From NCBI GenBank assembly GCA_040954595.2, contig CM082576.2, positions 17,035,028 to 17,099,027 of the forward strand: a stretch of DNA of 64,000 bases. Reading direction: 5' to 3'. Below, piece by piece: positions 27,411-41,500 of this stretch; position 1 is the first letter of the stretch; every line of letters begins with the position of its first letter. The notes under the pieces were generated by a model. The model did not search any database. It was not told the origin of the DNA and was given only the letters and a program-made list of their open reading frames with translations. A program made the translations under genes and the position numbers. The DNA is from Balanoglossus misakiensis (lineage: Eukaryota > Animalia > Hemichordata).

Positions 27411-29430
27411 TTACAGTACTATGGTATTGTCTATATGCAGATTGTAGTGGTTCCAATAGTGAGTTAGCGGTGAGATAAGTGGTGAGTTGAGTGGTAATAT
27501 ATTTTTCCAGGACTTTAGAGCGGAATGGCAGGTTTGAAACTGGATGGTGATGGTGCTATCATGACAGGTGACCACATGGTCATCACCAGTTGATGCAACT
27601 TTCCTCTCTGAAGTATTCACCGCTCTGACATAAAATCTTTCTGGTGGTTTCTGCTGGTTGTTACTGTATTTCAATATGGTGATGGTGCTACCATGACAGG
27701 TGACCACATGGTCTTCACCAGTGATTGTAAAAACCCTTCCTCTCTGAACGTAGCCTTTGCTATTTCCTTCAGCCCAGCTTCCAAATAAATTTTCAAAAGA
27801 ACTGGCTGGGTATTTTTCAGTATGTTCCAGTCACCTGGCATGACAACCAACCAATCCAATTCATTACTGTATACATATTTTAATTTTGTCAAATGATCAA
27901 ATATTTTTCCATCACCCACAACTACCAAGTACTATCTGGTTGTTACTGTACATTTCACTATGGTGATGGTGCTACCATTACAGTCGACCACATGGTCATC
28001 TCCAGTTGATGTAACTTTCCTCTCTGAAGTATTCACCGCTCTGACACAAAATCTCAGAAAACTTTCTGGTGGTTTCTTTTTTAAGTCTGATTCCGTTGAA
28101 TGATTTCAAGGCATCTGATACTCGTAGGTAGTATGATCAGGAAATCTGAAATTAATTGACAAAAAAGGGTTCAGAAATACCTGACACTTTTCAATTCATG
28201 GTCAAGGGAAATTTACTTTTTTTGGCAGACCATGTTATTCACCTATAGCTGATCTAACTTAATCTAACTTTGGCTAATTAACACTGACATTGAATTGATG
28301 GCTTTAAATAAGGCTTGGATGGGGATACCCACTTGATGCATCAAATGCAGGGAAAACAACATTGGTTTGATCAGCTCGTGACCACAGCTGGGAAATCCAG
28401 GCAGTCCTCCCCAGTGAAGCTCCAAAGAATCGAATGATGGAATAAGTTCATCCTCATATTGTATTCATGGCCATACGTGTTCTCGGATTGTATTCAACCA
28501 CGTCTTATGATTGTCTTTCACATTTGAATTGATGTTTTCCAATTTACGATACAACTGTGATGGAGTTTGATCTTCAAATGCTGACAAATGTTTCTTGAAA
28601 TATACACTCCCAACAAGTCTAATGAATGCCAGTAAACCTTTGTGAAACTCATCAGTTGAGGTGTCTTCAAGGCTACCTTGGCATATTGTGCCACTTGTGA
28701 TAAATTCAGCATATTGATAAAATGTGCTATAGAAAGACCCTTTGCCGGCAAAAAAATGACACAAAATCACGTACATATGAATAGTATCTGCATTATTTTG
28801 CCAATCAGATTAAGTGGTGTGTGCTGCAAGTCAGGGTCACAATTTAAGGCCAATTTTCATTCTAACATATCAAGGTACTTGAGATTTGCTGGATCATTAT
28901 CAAGTTGAACATATATGTGTTTGTTTATGCATATAATAGTGGCAATAATACATGATATGTATCAGTATCAGGTGAAATAAGATGACACCATTCTCGTGTT
29001 TAGAACGCAGGGCATGTTGAATACATCTACTGTCTGCTTCTTCATTGCAGCTTTTGGGGATCCATTCGCCTACAACAGAATGAGTCACAAACATAGCAGA
29101 ATCTTAATTTGCCCCATCAAATCCATCTTGCAGTAACAAAGCACTGATTCCCCCTGTAAAATAGGGGCAACTAGTTTCAAACTCTCATATCAGACAGAAA
29201 ATTCGCCAATTTCCGTTTGTTTGGTCTACTACCAATGAAAACCTGCCAATTATGGAAGAGGGGTATCTCTTGAAATAATGTCAATCTCATCAACTTTGTC
29301 AACATTTTTGTCACGTCTCTGTCTTTCATTATGTCCATGGGACTTGTACCGCCCATTCGTTGAGGATCATCGAAGATCAAATGCACTTTAAGGGATAAGG
29401 GTTGAGAATCAACGCTCAGAGTCAAGTTCT
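27411..29430 (-). pseudogene. Academ transposase remnant (XPG/PIN-like region and core)
   Basis: LIFDDPQR, CNEEADSRCIQHAL, FFAGKGSFYSTF, LIPSFDSLELHWG, plus the GDGK…PGDW fragment. Multiple frameshifts. Confidence 0.65.
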
Positions 29431-29736
29431 GATTTGAAAAATATGATGTTTACCGCACATTGAAAAAGACGACGGTATTCACTGTTTAGCTAGAAGGAAT
29501 AAGAACCAATTGATAGGATGAAATCAGAGATCGCATGTTGACATCCTTAATCACACGTGTCAACATAATCCATCTCTTCAGATGAAATCTGTAAGACAAA
29601 ATAGATTTATAGGAATTACATGAGGAATGCTGTAAGTCAAATTAGTTTAGATCCAGCAAGAATCAAATGGTGAGACAATTAAGGGCAAGTAATTTTCTGT
29701 GGTGAGGTGTTATTTTGTACAAGTGGTTATAGCTTC

Positions 29737-31020
29737 AGGGCTCCCGTTTGATATTTAATTTTTTACGTGCAGTGCACTCAAGGAGCTAAAATAATTTGCG
29801 TGAAATTGTATTGGAATTACGTGCAACAAACTAACAATAGACAACAGCTTTCCGGTAATTAACAACTTTTAATGGGCTATTGCTTCGTCTACTCTGTCTC
29901 AACACTGCCAATGCAACGATACATAAACATGAAAGAGATCGTGCATTAGTTTCTTCCCTCCCCCCTCCCCAACTTACACATTAGTCCACACAAGTAGCGA
30001 ATCCTGAATCCTTGTGTTGTCGCAGAGAAAAACGATCAGGACACTCAAATTCTTTTGTTACATTACATGTCTAATGGTGTCTACGTGAATATTTACATAA
30101 ATTATAGAGCTGACACGTGCCCACTGTAAAGCAAACTTTACAGGATATACAGAAAAATTGAACAATTGACATTCACATGGGAGCAAAGCAAGATTCCCAA
30201 ATGTTTTGTATTGAAGTCACTAATACAAGAATTAGAAGCAGCCTAGCCGAAGACACGCTGAGTTCAGTCTGTAGCCTGTGACGATCCTTGACCTCGAGTT
30301 CAAGGCTTCTGCCTTTGTTTCTGGGCTAGGAAAAATTCTCTTGCTCGACGGAAGTCAAAAACGGCCATATCTGGTCCCTCTATTGAAACACGCATCAGAG
30401 TTTCAAGTCGTGCCTCCCTATGCAGCTCCGGAATTTTGACTTTATTCTGTTCTGGCACAAGAAACCCCGTTCACATTCCACGCTTGTTATCGGTATGCAA
30501 ATAAAAACTTCCACGAGTGATGCGAAGTCGGGAAATGCCGCTGTGTGATTCACGATTAACTCTTCACAGAAATTAGGTAGCTTTAGTTGACGATACCTGT
30601 TTACGAGACATTTGAACTGCGAGAAATCCGCTCGTAGCAGTGCCACATCGAATAGCCCATTATCGTGTCCGAAATGGTTGACGATCGTCTCCAGTGCAGC
30701 GGTACCATGATTTGCGATTTCCCGTTGCGCAGCTGGTAGGCGTTGGGGTTAAATACGATGTCAAATGAGGACAACATATCAAGCGCATCAGTTGGAAATA
30801 GCGTATTTTAAATTATCGAGCAGTTAATTGGTTTATGAAACCAGTGACAGCATTAGCTACTTGGGTTTGTCGTGCATCGTGAGAATTCAGCAGCTCCACA
30901 TCGCGAAAACGTGCCCGTTCCCCATCTATACGCTGGATGTTCATCTTGAAATCGGTTACGCGAACAAGAAGATTGTTATTGTCACGAAGCGCTGCCAAAC
31001 TATCGATAGTAGATAGAACC
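29737..31020 (-). pseudogene. hAT transposase 3' fragment with dimerization domain
   Basis: FPDFASLVEVFICIPITSVECERGFLCQNRIKSKFRSCI (30395-30646). hAT-like terminus CAGGGCTCCC at 29737. Confidence 0.75.
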
Positions 31021-31189
31021 ATCATTCGTGGAACAGAAAGGTCCAAGTTTTGAGTCTGGTTGAAATGGTGGCTGCAGTTGATGTGGTTGAAATGGCGGCT
31101 GCAGTTGATGTGGTTGGTATTCCTGCTCCTGTTTCTGATGTTGATGTTGTTGTTGATGATGATGAAGAGTTTGTGCATAATTTGTGGAC

Positions 31190-31835
31190 ATAATAATGGA
31201 TGCATTTGGTGGATAATGAAGATTGTTTGGTTTTTATTTTTCTGCCTTTGCAGTCCCGGTTGAAACACTGGAATCTCTTTTTCTTTAGAGATACATGGCA
31301 GTATCCAAGTGTGGTTGTGGCTGTTGCCGGCCCATAGACAACAAATGTTTCGTCAGTAACCTGCACAGTCGCAGGGTTTCGTCCCAGGGATTCAACAATG
31401 GAGTTCAATTCAGTTTGAATGTTAATTTTCACCGCATGGGAATGACTCAACTTCTTCTCTTCTGATCCACGCCTCCAATGGTGGCTTTGTTTGCCCTTCT
31501 TCTGACTCTCTGACTAAGTCGATGTGTTGGCATGTAAATGTTGTCAGATGAATTTGTGACGTGGCAAAAACATTCCGCTTGTTCTTGCAAACCTGGTGCA
31601 AGCAAATTGCACCTTGGTCTGTTACCTGTACCAAATTCTAATAATTCAGTCCAGTTGGTGTTGTCTTGACAGAAAAATACCATTGGTTACTTTCACGACA
31701 GCAGGGATGATCAATTTCCTTTTCTTTGCAAAGTTGCCACCAAGAGCTGCACCACACTTACATCTTTCAGGCTTGTACCTATTGAAATACCTTTCATCAC
31801 AGCTGTTGCAACATGCGGTTCCTCTCTTTGTGGCC
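31190..31835 (-). pseudogene. HMGXB3/Zisupton(KDZ)-like Cys-rich exon remnant
   Basis: After a TTCTAG acceptor it reads ATKRGTACCNSCDERYFNRYKPERCKCGAALGG, then ICLHQVC..FTCQHI and FQCFNRDC..KCIH. This resembles the RGxxxC..C..YxNRxKP..C..CG segment recalled from HMGXB3. Confidence 0.45.
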
Positions 31836-33194
31836 TAGAATTGGTTTTCACAATGTTACATGTACTCTTAAAATGAGAGTGCAATAATAAATATAATAGT
31901 GTAAAATGACAGTTAGGTGTCACAAAGATTTGAAAGAAGTAAAATGAAGTTATGTAAAAACATTGTTACCAAAAAACATTAAAATAAATTCATAAATCTC
32001 CAAGCAACTGGATTCCAGTCTAGGCACACGGGGCTGCAAACATGAAAGTTATAAATGGCGAAGTTCTGATCTGCATTTTCCCCAATTAACAATACTTGCT
32101 AGAATAAGGACTAGAAATTCCCAATCCAATTTGTTTCATCAGTTAATGATACACTTGTAATAGTTGTGGGAAGAAGTGGGTAGAGATACAAAAATGATCA
32201 GTCCTCTGTTATCTTTCTAAACCTGTAAGTTGCTTGCATATACCAACACAAGATGCATATTCCTATGAATGAGATTATAATCTTTGCTAAGCACTGATGA
32301 AGTATATTTTTCTTCAATGATATGTTTTACTGGACAAAAAGGATATACAAACTTGCGATACTTAAAATTAAAAACCATGGTACAGGTAAGACACAAGTTA
32401 GTGCAGCAACAGCTGTGTCATAGACGAGGATGTAACTCATGATAAACTTGAACATGAATTTTCTGTGAAACTAAGACTTTAAAGAAAAGGTAACAGAAAT
32501 TTTCACTACAATTCAAAAAGATATATGGTAGCTATGCATATGTTCCACAAGTTCCAATGTACTTTTATTTATCTTGAACATGAATAAGCAAAATCAATTT
32601 GTTAACTTTTAAAAGGACACTTATGATTGGTCTATACTCCTGGGAACAATTCTCTCCTTATTAATTACAGGCAGGTTCAGACAGTCAAATGCATTAAAGC
32701 CAACTATCATTTAGACACTGTACAACTCTTTTAGCTGATCCTGAACATTGTACTTGAGATGGTTTTGTTTAGTGAATTTAAATCCTGTCAAAAGAATATT
32801 CTCTTTTGGGACTTTTTCTAGACATGGCTCAGAGTAGACCGCCTTCCAACACGTTTTGATAGTGGTTTCCACTTGGTGGTCCAACCTCCATACCACCAAT
32901 GCAGTGTGACTGACAAGTCTTCAATAGCTGTTATCTCTCCTATTAAAGGGACCTCTTTCCAGTGTTGTAGAGTAGCAGCTGCCAACTGTCTACAACATAG
33001 GTAGTATCCTCTTCTTCTGTCCTATCAGTTTGTACAGGGGATGGACGTGGGCGTGACCCTGTATAAACCTGAAATGCCAGAAAGGTAATTTAATTACATT
33101 CAAGTCTAACATTATTACTGAATTTTCAAATACACAATTTTAAAGTTAAAAACAACCTGAAACAACTTAATATATAGGTTATCCATCGCTTAGT

Positions 33195-34108
33195 CCCATG
33201 GCAGCTCAGCGATGCCTGCAAGGATTTCGGCCTGACGATCAGCCTGAAGAAGACAGAAGTGATGGCACAGGATGTGGACTCCCCACCCAACATCAAAATC
33301 TCCAACCACCAGCTGGAAGTGGTGGACAAATTTGTCTACCTGGGCTCAACAGTCTCCAACTCCCTCTCTCTCGACGAGGAGTTAAACAAGCGAATCGGCA
33401 AGGCAGCCACCACCATGTCCAGGCTGGCAAAGAGGGTGTGGAACAACAAAAAGCTGACGGAGCACACGAAGACCCAAGTCTACAGAGCCTGTGTCCTGAG
33501 CACACTCCTGTATGGCAGCGAGTCCTGGACACTGTATGCCAAGGAGGAACACAAGCTGAATGCCTTCCACATGCATTGCCTCCGCCGAATCCTCAACATT
33601 ACCTGGCAGGACAAGGTGCCAAACACCCAGGTCCTGGAGAGAGCAGTGTCACCCAGCATTTACGCCATCCTGAAACAAAGACGCTTGTGCTGGCTCGGAC
33701 ATGTCATCCGTATGGAAGATGGCCGAATCCCAAAGGATCTTCTCTACGGAGAATTGGCTGAAGGATCGCGAGCAGCAGGGAGACCACATCTGCGGTACAA
33801 GGATGTCTGCAAAAGAGACCTGAAGGCTGTGAACATCGACCTGAGTACTTGGGAAGAGACTGCCATGAAGCGTGACACCTGGAGACTGACTGTCAAAGAA
33901 TGGCTCAAAAAGCTGGAAGACACTCTCGCACAGAGGGCGAAAGACAAACGCCTCAGGCGAAAGATGCAGAGCGCAACTGAAACTGCTGCATCAGAGTTCT
34001 TGTGCTCCAACTGCAGGAAGGATTGTCATTCCCGTATTGGTCTGACAAGCCACTCACGAAGCTGTTTCAAGCCATAGTCTCTCGAGACTGAAGGTTGCCT
34101 GATTTGAA
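33195..34108 (+). mobile_element. RTE (BovB-like) LINE 3' fragment
   Basis: FGLTISLKKTEV, FVYLGS, LLYGSESW, WLGHVIRMEDGRIPKDLLYGEL, and a C-terminal CSNC…H Zn finger. Confidence 0.9.
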
Positions 34109-34535
34109 CCATCCAAACGAAGTGTTCTTCGGTGAAGATTTAGGAGATCATCAGATAGTGGAGGTCTAGGCAGGTTTTGCACATTTCTTCTTAACTTTTT
34201 ATCTATTATTTCTCGCAATGGCCATTCAGTTGGTTGTACAGCCAAATATTCTGGCAAGCGTGAAGTGAGAAAGTGTTCCCACCAATTCTTGTGTTCTTCA
34301 GTGACAACTCTAACAGCACTGCTATTGAGGAGCTTTGGAATGTCTTGCAGTATTCTGTCTACATTCATTTTGTCACCAGATGGTGCTACCATGCCAGGAG
34401 TTCCTGTTGGCTTTGACTGTAAAAAAAAAAGATGAAAGCTTCAGTTACAACCATACTGTAATTCTGAAATTCTCTGACCATTATGCGATAATTGGTCACT
34501 AGTGTTATTCAAAACTTCTGATGCCACATAAGTAA

Positions 34536-35170
34536 TTACAAAGTGCTTTGAAAGAAGGAAATCTGCCCAAACATATCAAGAGGTAACAAAAATGGTATCT
34601 TTCTATCTTCAAGTATCTTGACGATTTCTCCACACAGGCCTTGACCAGTGCCATCTTCATACTCAACGTCCTGAAGGAAAACACTCTTTGCCTCTCCGGA
34701 ATTTGTTTTTATAACACATGCATTTACAGTCATCCTTTGAGAATTTGCAATTTATCTGTGCTTTCATTGCATAATATGGAAATGAACGGTGACTCAGCTA
34801 TCTGCGAATTTACCTCATCATCAATGGTAGCACTTATTGCTTCAAGTAGTTCATTGGCTGAAAAGTAGGAACTATACTTGACTCTCTGTTGGGTACCTAA
34901 TGTCAAATGCTGCAATCCGGGTACTTCAAGTTCTCTCATCAAATTCAGTTGACTCTCATATTTACTCAAAGGGAGGTTCTCACTGGCAAGCCAGTACACA
35001 ACTTTCAGAGATTTGATGATTTTCTAATTCTCTTGGACCCCACGCTTGCCTGGCCGTCTTCTCCAGCACTCTCTTCGGAGCTGTGGTAGTCGATGGATGA
35101 CATAACCTTTTCTACTTTCGTCACTGTACTAGGACTCCAATCTATTTTTTGCATGGCTTCCATCCTTCTT
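34536..35170 (-). pseudogene. hAT (DUF4371-type) transposase fragment
   Basis: YWLASENLPLSKY…ELLEAIS…SPFISILCNESTD. Confidence 0.7.
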
Positions 35171-36457
35171 GCTTGCTTCTATAAAAATACACGATACAGG
35201 GAAAAAATTACTATTAATGACACACAATCAGCTGAACAACTAGAGAAATAATACGTCAACAAAGATTTCATTCTTTTTGTTTGGATATGTTTTGAAATGT
35301 CTAGCCAATTTGTGGATCATTCTGAGGTGCAATGAAAAACCAACAAGCATGAATATTACAAAACAAATTGTCTTGTAATGAAGGGAAACAAATATTTTTT
35401 TAAAGTAATAGTGACACATACTCTCTCTTTTCTTGTTCTGCTTTTAGTCCTCCTTCTGTGGGCTTCCAATTTTCCACCGGTCCGCCGGGTGTTGTCAATC
35501 CCGCAGACTTTTGAAATATCTCTTGCAGGCTTCTATGATATGAAAGGGAGACAATGTTATCGTATCAATCATAAGCAATTCAAACGTGTTAAATTGTTAT
35601 TGTTGTACCCTATTGCAGAAGCATAAAGATGGTGACAGTCTTACAAAATAGTATTACATGTACAATTTTTTGGCAAAGGGGGGGGGGGCGGCAGTTGTCG
35701 GGGAAGGGGGATTGTCCTATGGGGCAGTTGCCGGGGGGGGGGGGGCAGTTGTCCTGATACTGACGCGATTTGTAGTTGTGTTGACACGTACACATAGCAC
35801 AATACAATGATTGACAGGCACAATGGATTGGTAAAATCTGATTGGTAGAAAAGACACAAAGTCTTTACTTTATGAATGAAAAATGTTCCATTATTTGCAT
35901 ATCTCGTGAGAGTCACAGATCTTTGCGCTGCGGAAAGAACGTAATCCCACTAAATAAAAAGTTAGGCCGCTCGTGGTTTTCGTGGAGTCGTACAACTTCT
36001 CACCTAAGGCTCGAAGTTGCAGGGCTCCACAAAAACAACTCATATACGATGACGACAAAAGAAGAAAAATTTCATGGGATTATATTATATAAATATCCAT
36101 TATTTCTTAGATCAGCTGTGCTTCAAAATGCATTTAATAGTAATGTAATAAGCATGTCTACTGGTATATCTGTTACAAGTCTCGTATCAAAAGCACCAAA
36201 TTCTAAGCTGCTCAATTGTAATTAAGATCTGAACTATTTATGATTAAAGGTATACGGTCACCTATGCAAATATAGCGACAATGACCTTGTCAAATGCGAA
36301 AAAAATAGCGCCACCACATGTTCTTTAGGACACTCAAATACGCCATTTTTGACATATATGGATGTATGTAAATTGGTGGTGACTGTAGTGTATAACTTTA
36401 ATACAATCAGTAATCCCACCATTTCCAAGATCAGATGTTGTATGGGCATATCAAACT

Positions 36458-39400
36458 CAATCAATCAATCAATCAATCAAATTTATTTCACTTTCAATTT
36501 TTTTTACATCGAATGGTGAAAAAATGTACTATTTAAGTGAAAAAAGGAGGTAGGAAAAATAGTGCATTCGCAGTTAGTCAAGTCCACCCCCTCATGGTGA
36601 ACAGTAGAACACTTGGTTAGTAATACATACAGAAAATAAAAGTCAAACTCTACTTTTCCTAACAAGGATTTCATCTGTTTCTTAAATGAAAATTTTGACC
36701 TTGTTGAGCGCATATTTTCAGAAAGTTTATTCCAAACCTTTGCTGCAGTGTACTTTATGGAATGTTGGCCAGCATTACTGTTAATTTTGGAATAAAAAGA
36801 TCGCCTATATCTTTTGATCTGGTATGATAAGAGTGTTGAATAGGAACGAAATACTCTGAAAATCCTGGTGGAAGCTTGCCATTAAGAGCATCATGAACAA
36901 ACGAGGACAGTTGAAGATCACGTTGCTTGTATACATTCAAAATATGTAACTCATTAAACAATGGTGAAGTGTGTGCAAGACGGTCAGATCCCGCCAATAC
37001 ACGTACAATTCTTTTCTGTGTGAGAAGTATTGGCCTCAAAAAAGATAAATAAGTATTTCCCCAAGTTTCTATAGCATAGGAAATGTGTGGAAGGATAAAA
37101 CAATTGTACAAAAGTATAAGAATATGTCGTGGGACAACATCCTTTATCCTATAAAGAATACCAGTCTTCATACTAATCGTTCTGTTTACATTTCTAATGT
37201 GATGTTTCCATGTTAACTTATTGTCTATTTCTACACCGATATACTTAGTTGTTTGTACTTCGTCTATTGTTACCCCTTTAACATCAATTTCTCCTGTTGT
37301 CTCTACTGACACGTTCTTACCTCTAAAACTAACATATTCAGTTTTCTTTGAGTGTAGAGTTAATTTGTTGGCATCACACCAGTTTATAACATTTTTCAAT
37401 TGTGAATTTACTTCTGAAAGATCTATTATATTTCTTGAATTAAATGTATGAAATAGACTGGTATCGTCTGCAAATAGACGAGTGTCAAAATACCTTGCTG
37501 CCCCTGCTATATCATTTACATAGATGAGAAAAAGTGTTGGACCCAGCACAGGACCTTGTGGAACTCCACAGGATATTTGTAATTCATCTGATCGTACCCC
37601 ATTTACATTTACATGTTGCCTTCTGTTGGCCAAATAACTTCTAAAAAGATTTTTAGGGAGTCCCCTAACACGTAATTGTCCAGTTTGTCTATCAAAATGT
37701 CATGATTCACGGTGTCAAATGCTTTCTTCAAGTCAAGAAATATCCTGATGACCTTATTTGCAATATCAATTTCGTCCAGAATTTTCTGTGCTAGTTCCAC
37801 AAGTGCCAACTTAGTACTATAATTCTCTCTGAAGCCATACTGGTAAGGGTACAGTAAATCAAATTTGTTAAAATAGGAAATAATTTGCTTATTAATAAGT
37901 TTTTCAAAAATTTTACTAATTTGTGGCAATACAGACACTGGTCTATAATTACCTGGATCAGTCGTATCTCCTTTTTTGAAGATAGGAGTCACTTTTGCTA
38001 TTTTTAAGGAATCTCGGAAAATTCCAGTTGTGAATGTTAAATTGATAATATAACTAAGAGGCTTAGAAATATATAATGCTGCATAGATTAACAATTTTGG
38101 GCTAATGTAGTCATAACCCACTGCCTTCCGCTTATCTAATGCTTGAAGTAATTTAAAAACTTCTTGTTCAGAGGTTCCTTGAAGAAAAAAAGAAAGCAAT
38201 GTACAATGTGATAAGTATGACAAGTAACATCTGTTTGAATGAGTTGTACTACTAGCAAGAGCCTCTCCAATTTGGACAAAAAACTCATTAAACCCATTGA
38301 CAATGTCACACTGGGTGATCAGGGTAGTCTGCGGACCAGCTGAAGACATTTGTAAACTACTTGGTAGATTTACATGTTTACCACCACCCCTCAGAATATC
38401 ATTAATAATTTTCCATGTCTTACTAGTATCTGCTTGATAGTATGTAAATTGGTCAGAATAATAATTTTGCTTAGCCTTTTTCAGAATATTTGTAAGCATG
38501 TTCCGGTAGCATTTGTATTTTGTAAAGACGTCTGGCCGATAATTAGTTTTTAAGACATTTGAGTAGAGCTTGTGTTTCTGGTCAATTGATTTTTACATTC
38601 CAGCAGTTATCCACGGTTTCCGTATTTTTCTTTTTGAACTAAGCTTTTTAGAAAGCAGTGGAGCATGCTTATTACAAATATTCGAGAAAATGTTTAAAAA
38701 TGAGTCATATGCTGTATTAGCATCAGTACTCTCATACACAGCTGCCCAATTGACACTACTTAACTCATCTTGAAATAAACCTATATTAAAATTACAGTAG
38801 TCCCTAAAGGTAACACTCTTTGGTTTTTGGAAATAAATACGAAGATCCTCAAAGATGGCAAATATAGGCAAATGGTCAGCAAGATGAACATCAATAGTTC
38901 CACAATTAACAAAATGACTATGTATATTTGTATAAATATGATCAATAACCGTTCTTGAATGATCTGATATACGTGTTGGCACAGTGATCATTTGAGTTAG
39001 GTTAAAAGAAGACATACTATTATTGAGATCAACCGTTTCATATGCATTTAAATCATACGCATTTACATTAAAGTCACCCACAAGTATGCACTGCATCTTC
39101 TTGCGGTCAATATCAGTCAATACAGATTCAAGACTTTCAAGGAATTCATCTATATTAGTGTTTGGTTTCCTATACACTACCCCAAGAATGAGTGATTTCT
39201 TCTTTGGCAAGTCAAATTTGAGCCAGATAGATTCAGAATGATTTACAGTCGCTTCAATGGAGGTATAATTCAAAGATGAGTCTATATATGCCCCAACTCC
39301 CCCACCCTGCTGGTCAGTACGACATTTTGTTTCCAAATGATAGCCTTCTAAACAATAAAGCTCTTTATTTTGAACCTGCCAGATCTCTGATAATGCTATA

Positions 39401-39670
39401 ACTTTGATTTTTGATTCATCAAGTGACTCATAAAACAGTTTAAAGTCATGAAAATTTCGACTGAGGGACCGAATATTACAATGAGATATAGAGAATGTAG
39501 AAATAGGTGTATTACTAACCAAGTTGCAGAACTCAGAGTAAGAATATGAATTACATTTCCTATAACAATCAGAGTTTAACAATTGTTCCGCTTCTACAGA
39601 AGTCATTGAAACACAATAAATCCACAGATTCAGAAAAATAAAAATAGTGAACGACTCTATCAACATTTGT
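36458..39670 (-). mobile_element. L2/CR1-group LINE (Crack/Daphne-like): near-full ORF2 (APE endonuclease + RT) with two frameshifts and no ORF1
   Basis: EN motifs HCNIRSL, LSEIW, GGGVG, GDFN, DHIY, DHLP (38593-39666). RT motifs NYRPVSVL, QYGFR, FLDLKKAFDTV, GVPQG, LFADDT, KYIG. (TTGA)n tail at 36457-36480. Empty site in the paralog at ~26455. Confidence 0.92.
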
Positions 39671-39734
39671 GGTTAAACTTTATATAAGTTCAACTAACAC
39701 TCTCGAAAAAAACCTCCAGATTCTAAAGTAACAA

Positions 39735-41205
39735 ATAATATGACAGAACCCCATGGCTCGATCGTGCAAGCACGGCGTAACGGTAGTATTTGCATCGAGT
39801 GTCTGGTGGTGTATTCTTGCTGGCCCCCGCACGAGCGACAGCAAGTGCTGGGGGCAGCAAGAATACACCGCCAGCACGAGTGCAAATACTACCGGGACGT
39901 CGTGCTTGCACGATCGAGCCATGGGGTTCTGTTATTATTACATATGTTAATCCCGTTTTAGGAGAAATCATCGGAATCACTTAATGAAAAACGAAAGAAA
40001 TGCGACCGCGGAATGATCTTGGTTGTTGAGTAATTTCGTGAACAGGCTACGATACGATAACATCATCAAATTTTCATTGGCTAATGTCTACCACACCCCC
40101 ATTTTTGATTGGACAGTGTTGTTTACTTGTTTACGAGTCTTTGGCCAGGGTCATGTACTGTTCTGCGGAACATCGCATCGCTTTCCACTCACTGCAAACT
40201 GAGGCGAGAGATGCCAGAGGGAATATAATGACAATATAAGATATATATAGTGAACTTCGGAAATTTTTAATCAACAAACAATGTCCCTAAAACATGAATT
40301 CTGAAAAAATGTCATAAATAATCAACAAGGCACCGTCTTTCGGTCGCGTGAATAACAACGATCGTGACCTCTCCCAGCAGTCTGCCAAAAACACGAAACA
40401 CTGAACAAATACAAACACCAAACGATGGAACACCAAAACGTTTTAAACATGACGATTTAAACAGTCATTGGCAAGCAAAAAGTTTCAAAGTATATAAAAA
40501 TGTCAACACACGGAAGTGTCCGTTTATTCATCGTCCGAATCGTACAAAACCATGGGACGTCGTCTCTTGGCAGCGGGCGCGTCGATGGAGCGCGATGCGG
40601 CTGTGGCTGTGCTGGTATTCCCTGCTACGTTGAAATTAAAATTAAATGTCCCGCCAGTGATGGTAGCGTTGGCGAACATACCAGCGACAGCACTACTGCT
40701 TGCCTGTTGGGAAGATAGAATGGGGACATCGACAGGTACTACAGCGCAATCGCGATTCTGAGATGTTTTGGGCTCGTACTGGGATTGAGCACCGGTTAAA
40801 ATGTGTATTTGCTTCTGTTGATTGTCAGAGGCGACCGCGTACCTGTTCAAACTGTTTCGGTCTTGTGGCCGCTTAACTGAACTACGGTATTCGGTGGAAC
40901 GCCTGCGTGTAGTAGCCAAGTTATGGATGTTTTTCTGGCACTGTGGTTTGGCGGCCAGTGCCTCTCTGCTTTTTTGAATTGATCGTCACGTATGACACTC
41001 TGTGGGTACTGCATTTCACGGAAATGTCTATCGATGGTTTTCTGATAACTCGATAATGAATCTGGCTCATATTCCATTCCGTTTTTCATGCGTACCGACC
41101 AGAAGAACGACGTGAGTAGATTATCAAGCTCACCGGGTGGTATTTCGTGAATTGGTCGCCTTTCCTCGGTCATGTTGATTTTCCATTCGTGTGATTCTTT
41201 ACGAA
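39735..41205 (-). mobile_element. Crypton element 1 (DUF3504 tyrosine recombinase pseudogene, internally deleted)
   Basis: EIPPGELDNLL..KNGMEYEPDSL..IDRH joined to NHSARK..SGHK..SLNRY. Terminal long hairpin at 39742-39932. Confidence 0.8.
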
Positions 41206-41461
41206 TCACACAGACCCAACTCCACCGGTCTTTCGCTGTTGCCAGCGCGTACTGACCTTTGAGCAGCTTCCCCGCCTCCTCAAACTGATGGTAGGACAGA
41301 ACCAGGGGACCGAGGGTATTGATCAGCTTGCTGGTCTCCCACAAGGTCCCCCGGCTGCTGTCTCCTTCCAAGTCTTGGATCAGGGCTCTGCAACGGTCTT
41401 CACGCGCTGCTTTCATTAACTGCCAGGCACCCTGGGATGTTCCATTTTTCTGTGGATTCAT
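41205..41461 (-). pseudogene. Gypsy-1 ORF3 N-terminal domain (truncated), homologous to the N-terminus of the TatD-bearing ORF3
   Basis: LWETSKLINTLG…KLLKGQYALATAKDRWSWV aligns with LWQVRELVNGIG…ELLIGQYTIAARRKRWGWI in ORF 56514-58883. Confidence 0.75.
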
Positions 41462-41466
41462 AATCT

Positions 41467-41497
41467 CTAAAGGACAGATAAGAAAAACAGGTTAGTA
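41467..41497 (-). promoter_or_regulatory. Putative 3' splice acceptor before Gypsy-1 ORF3
   Basis: Minus strand after the pol stop: TACTAAC CTGTTTTTCTTATCTGTCCTTTAG|AGATT ATG. Confidence 0.7.
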
Positions 41498-41500
41498 ATA

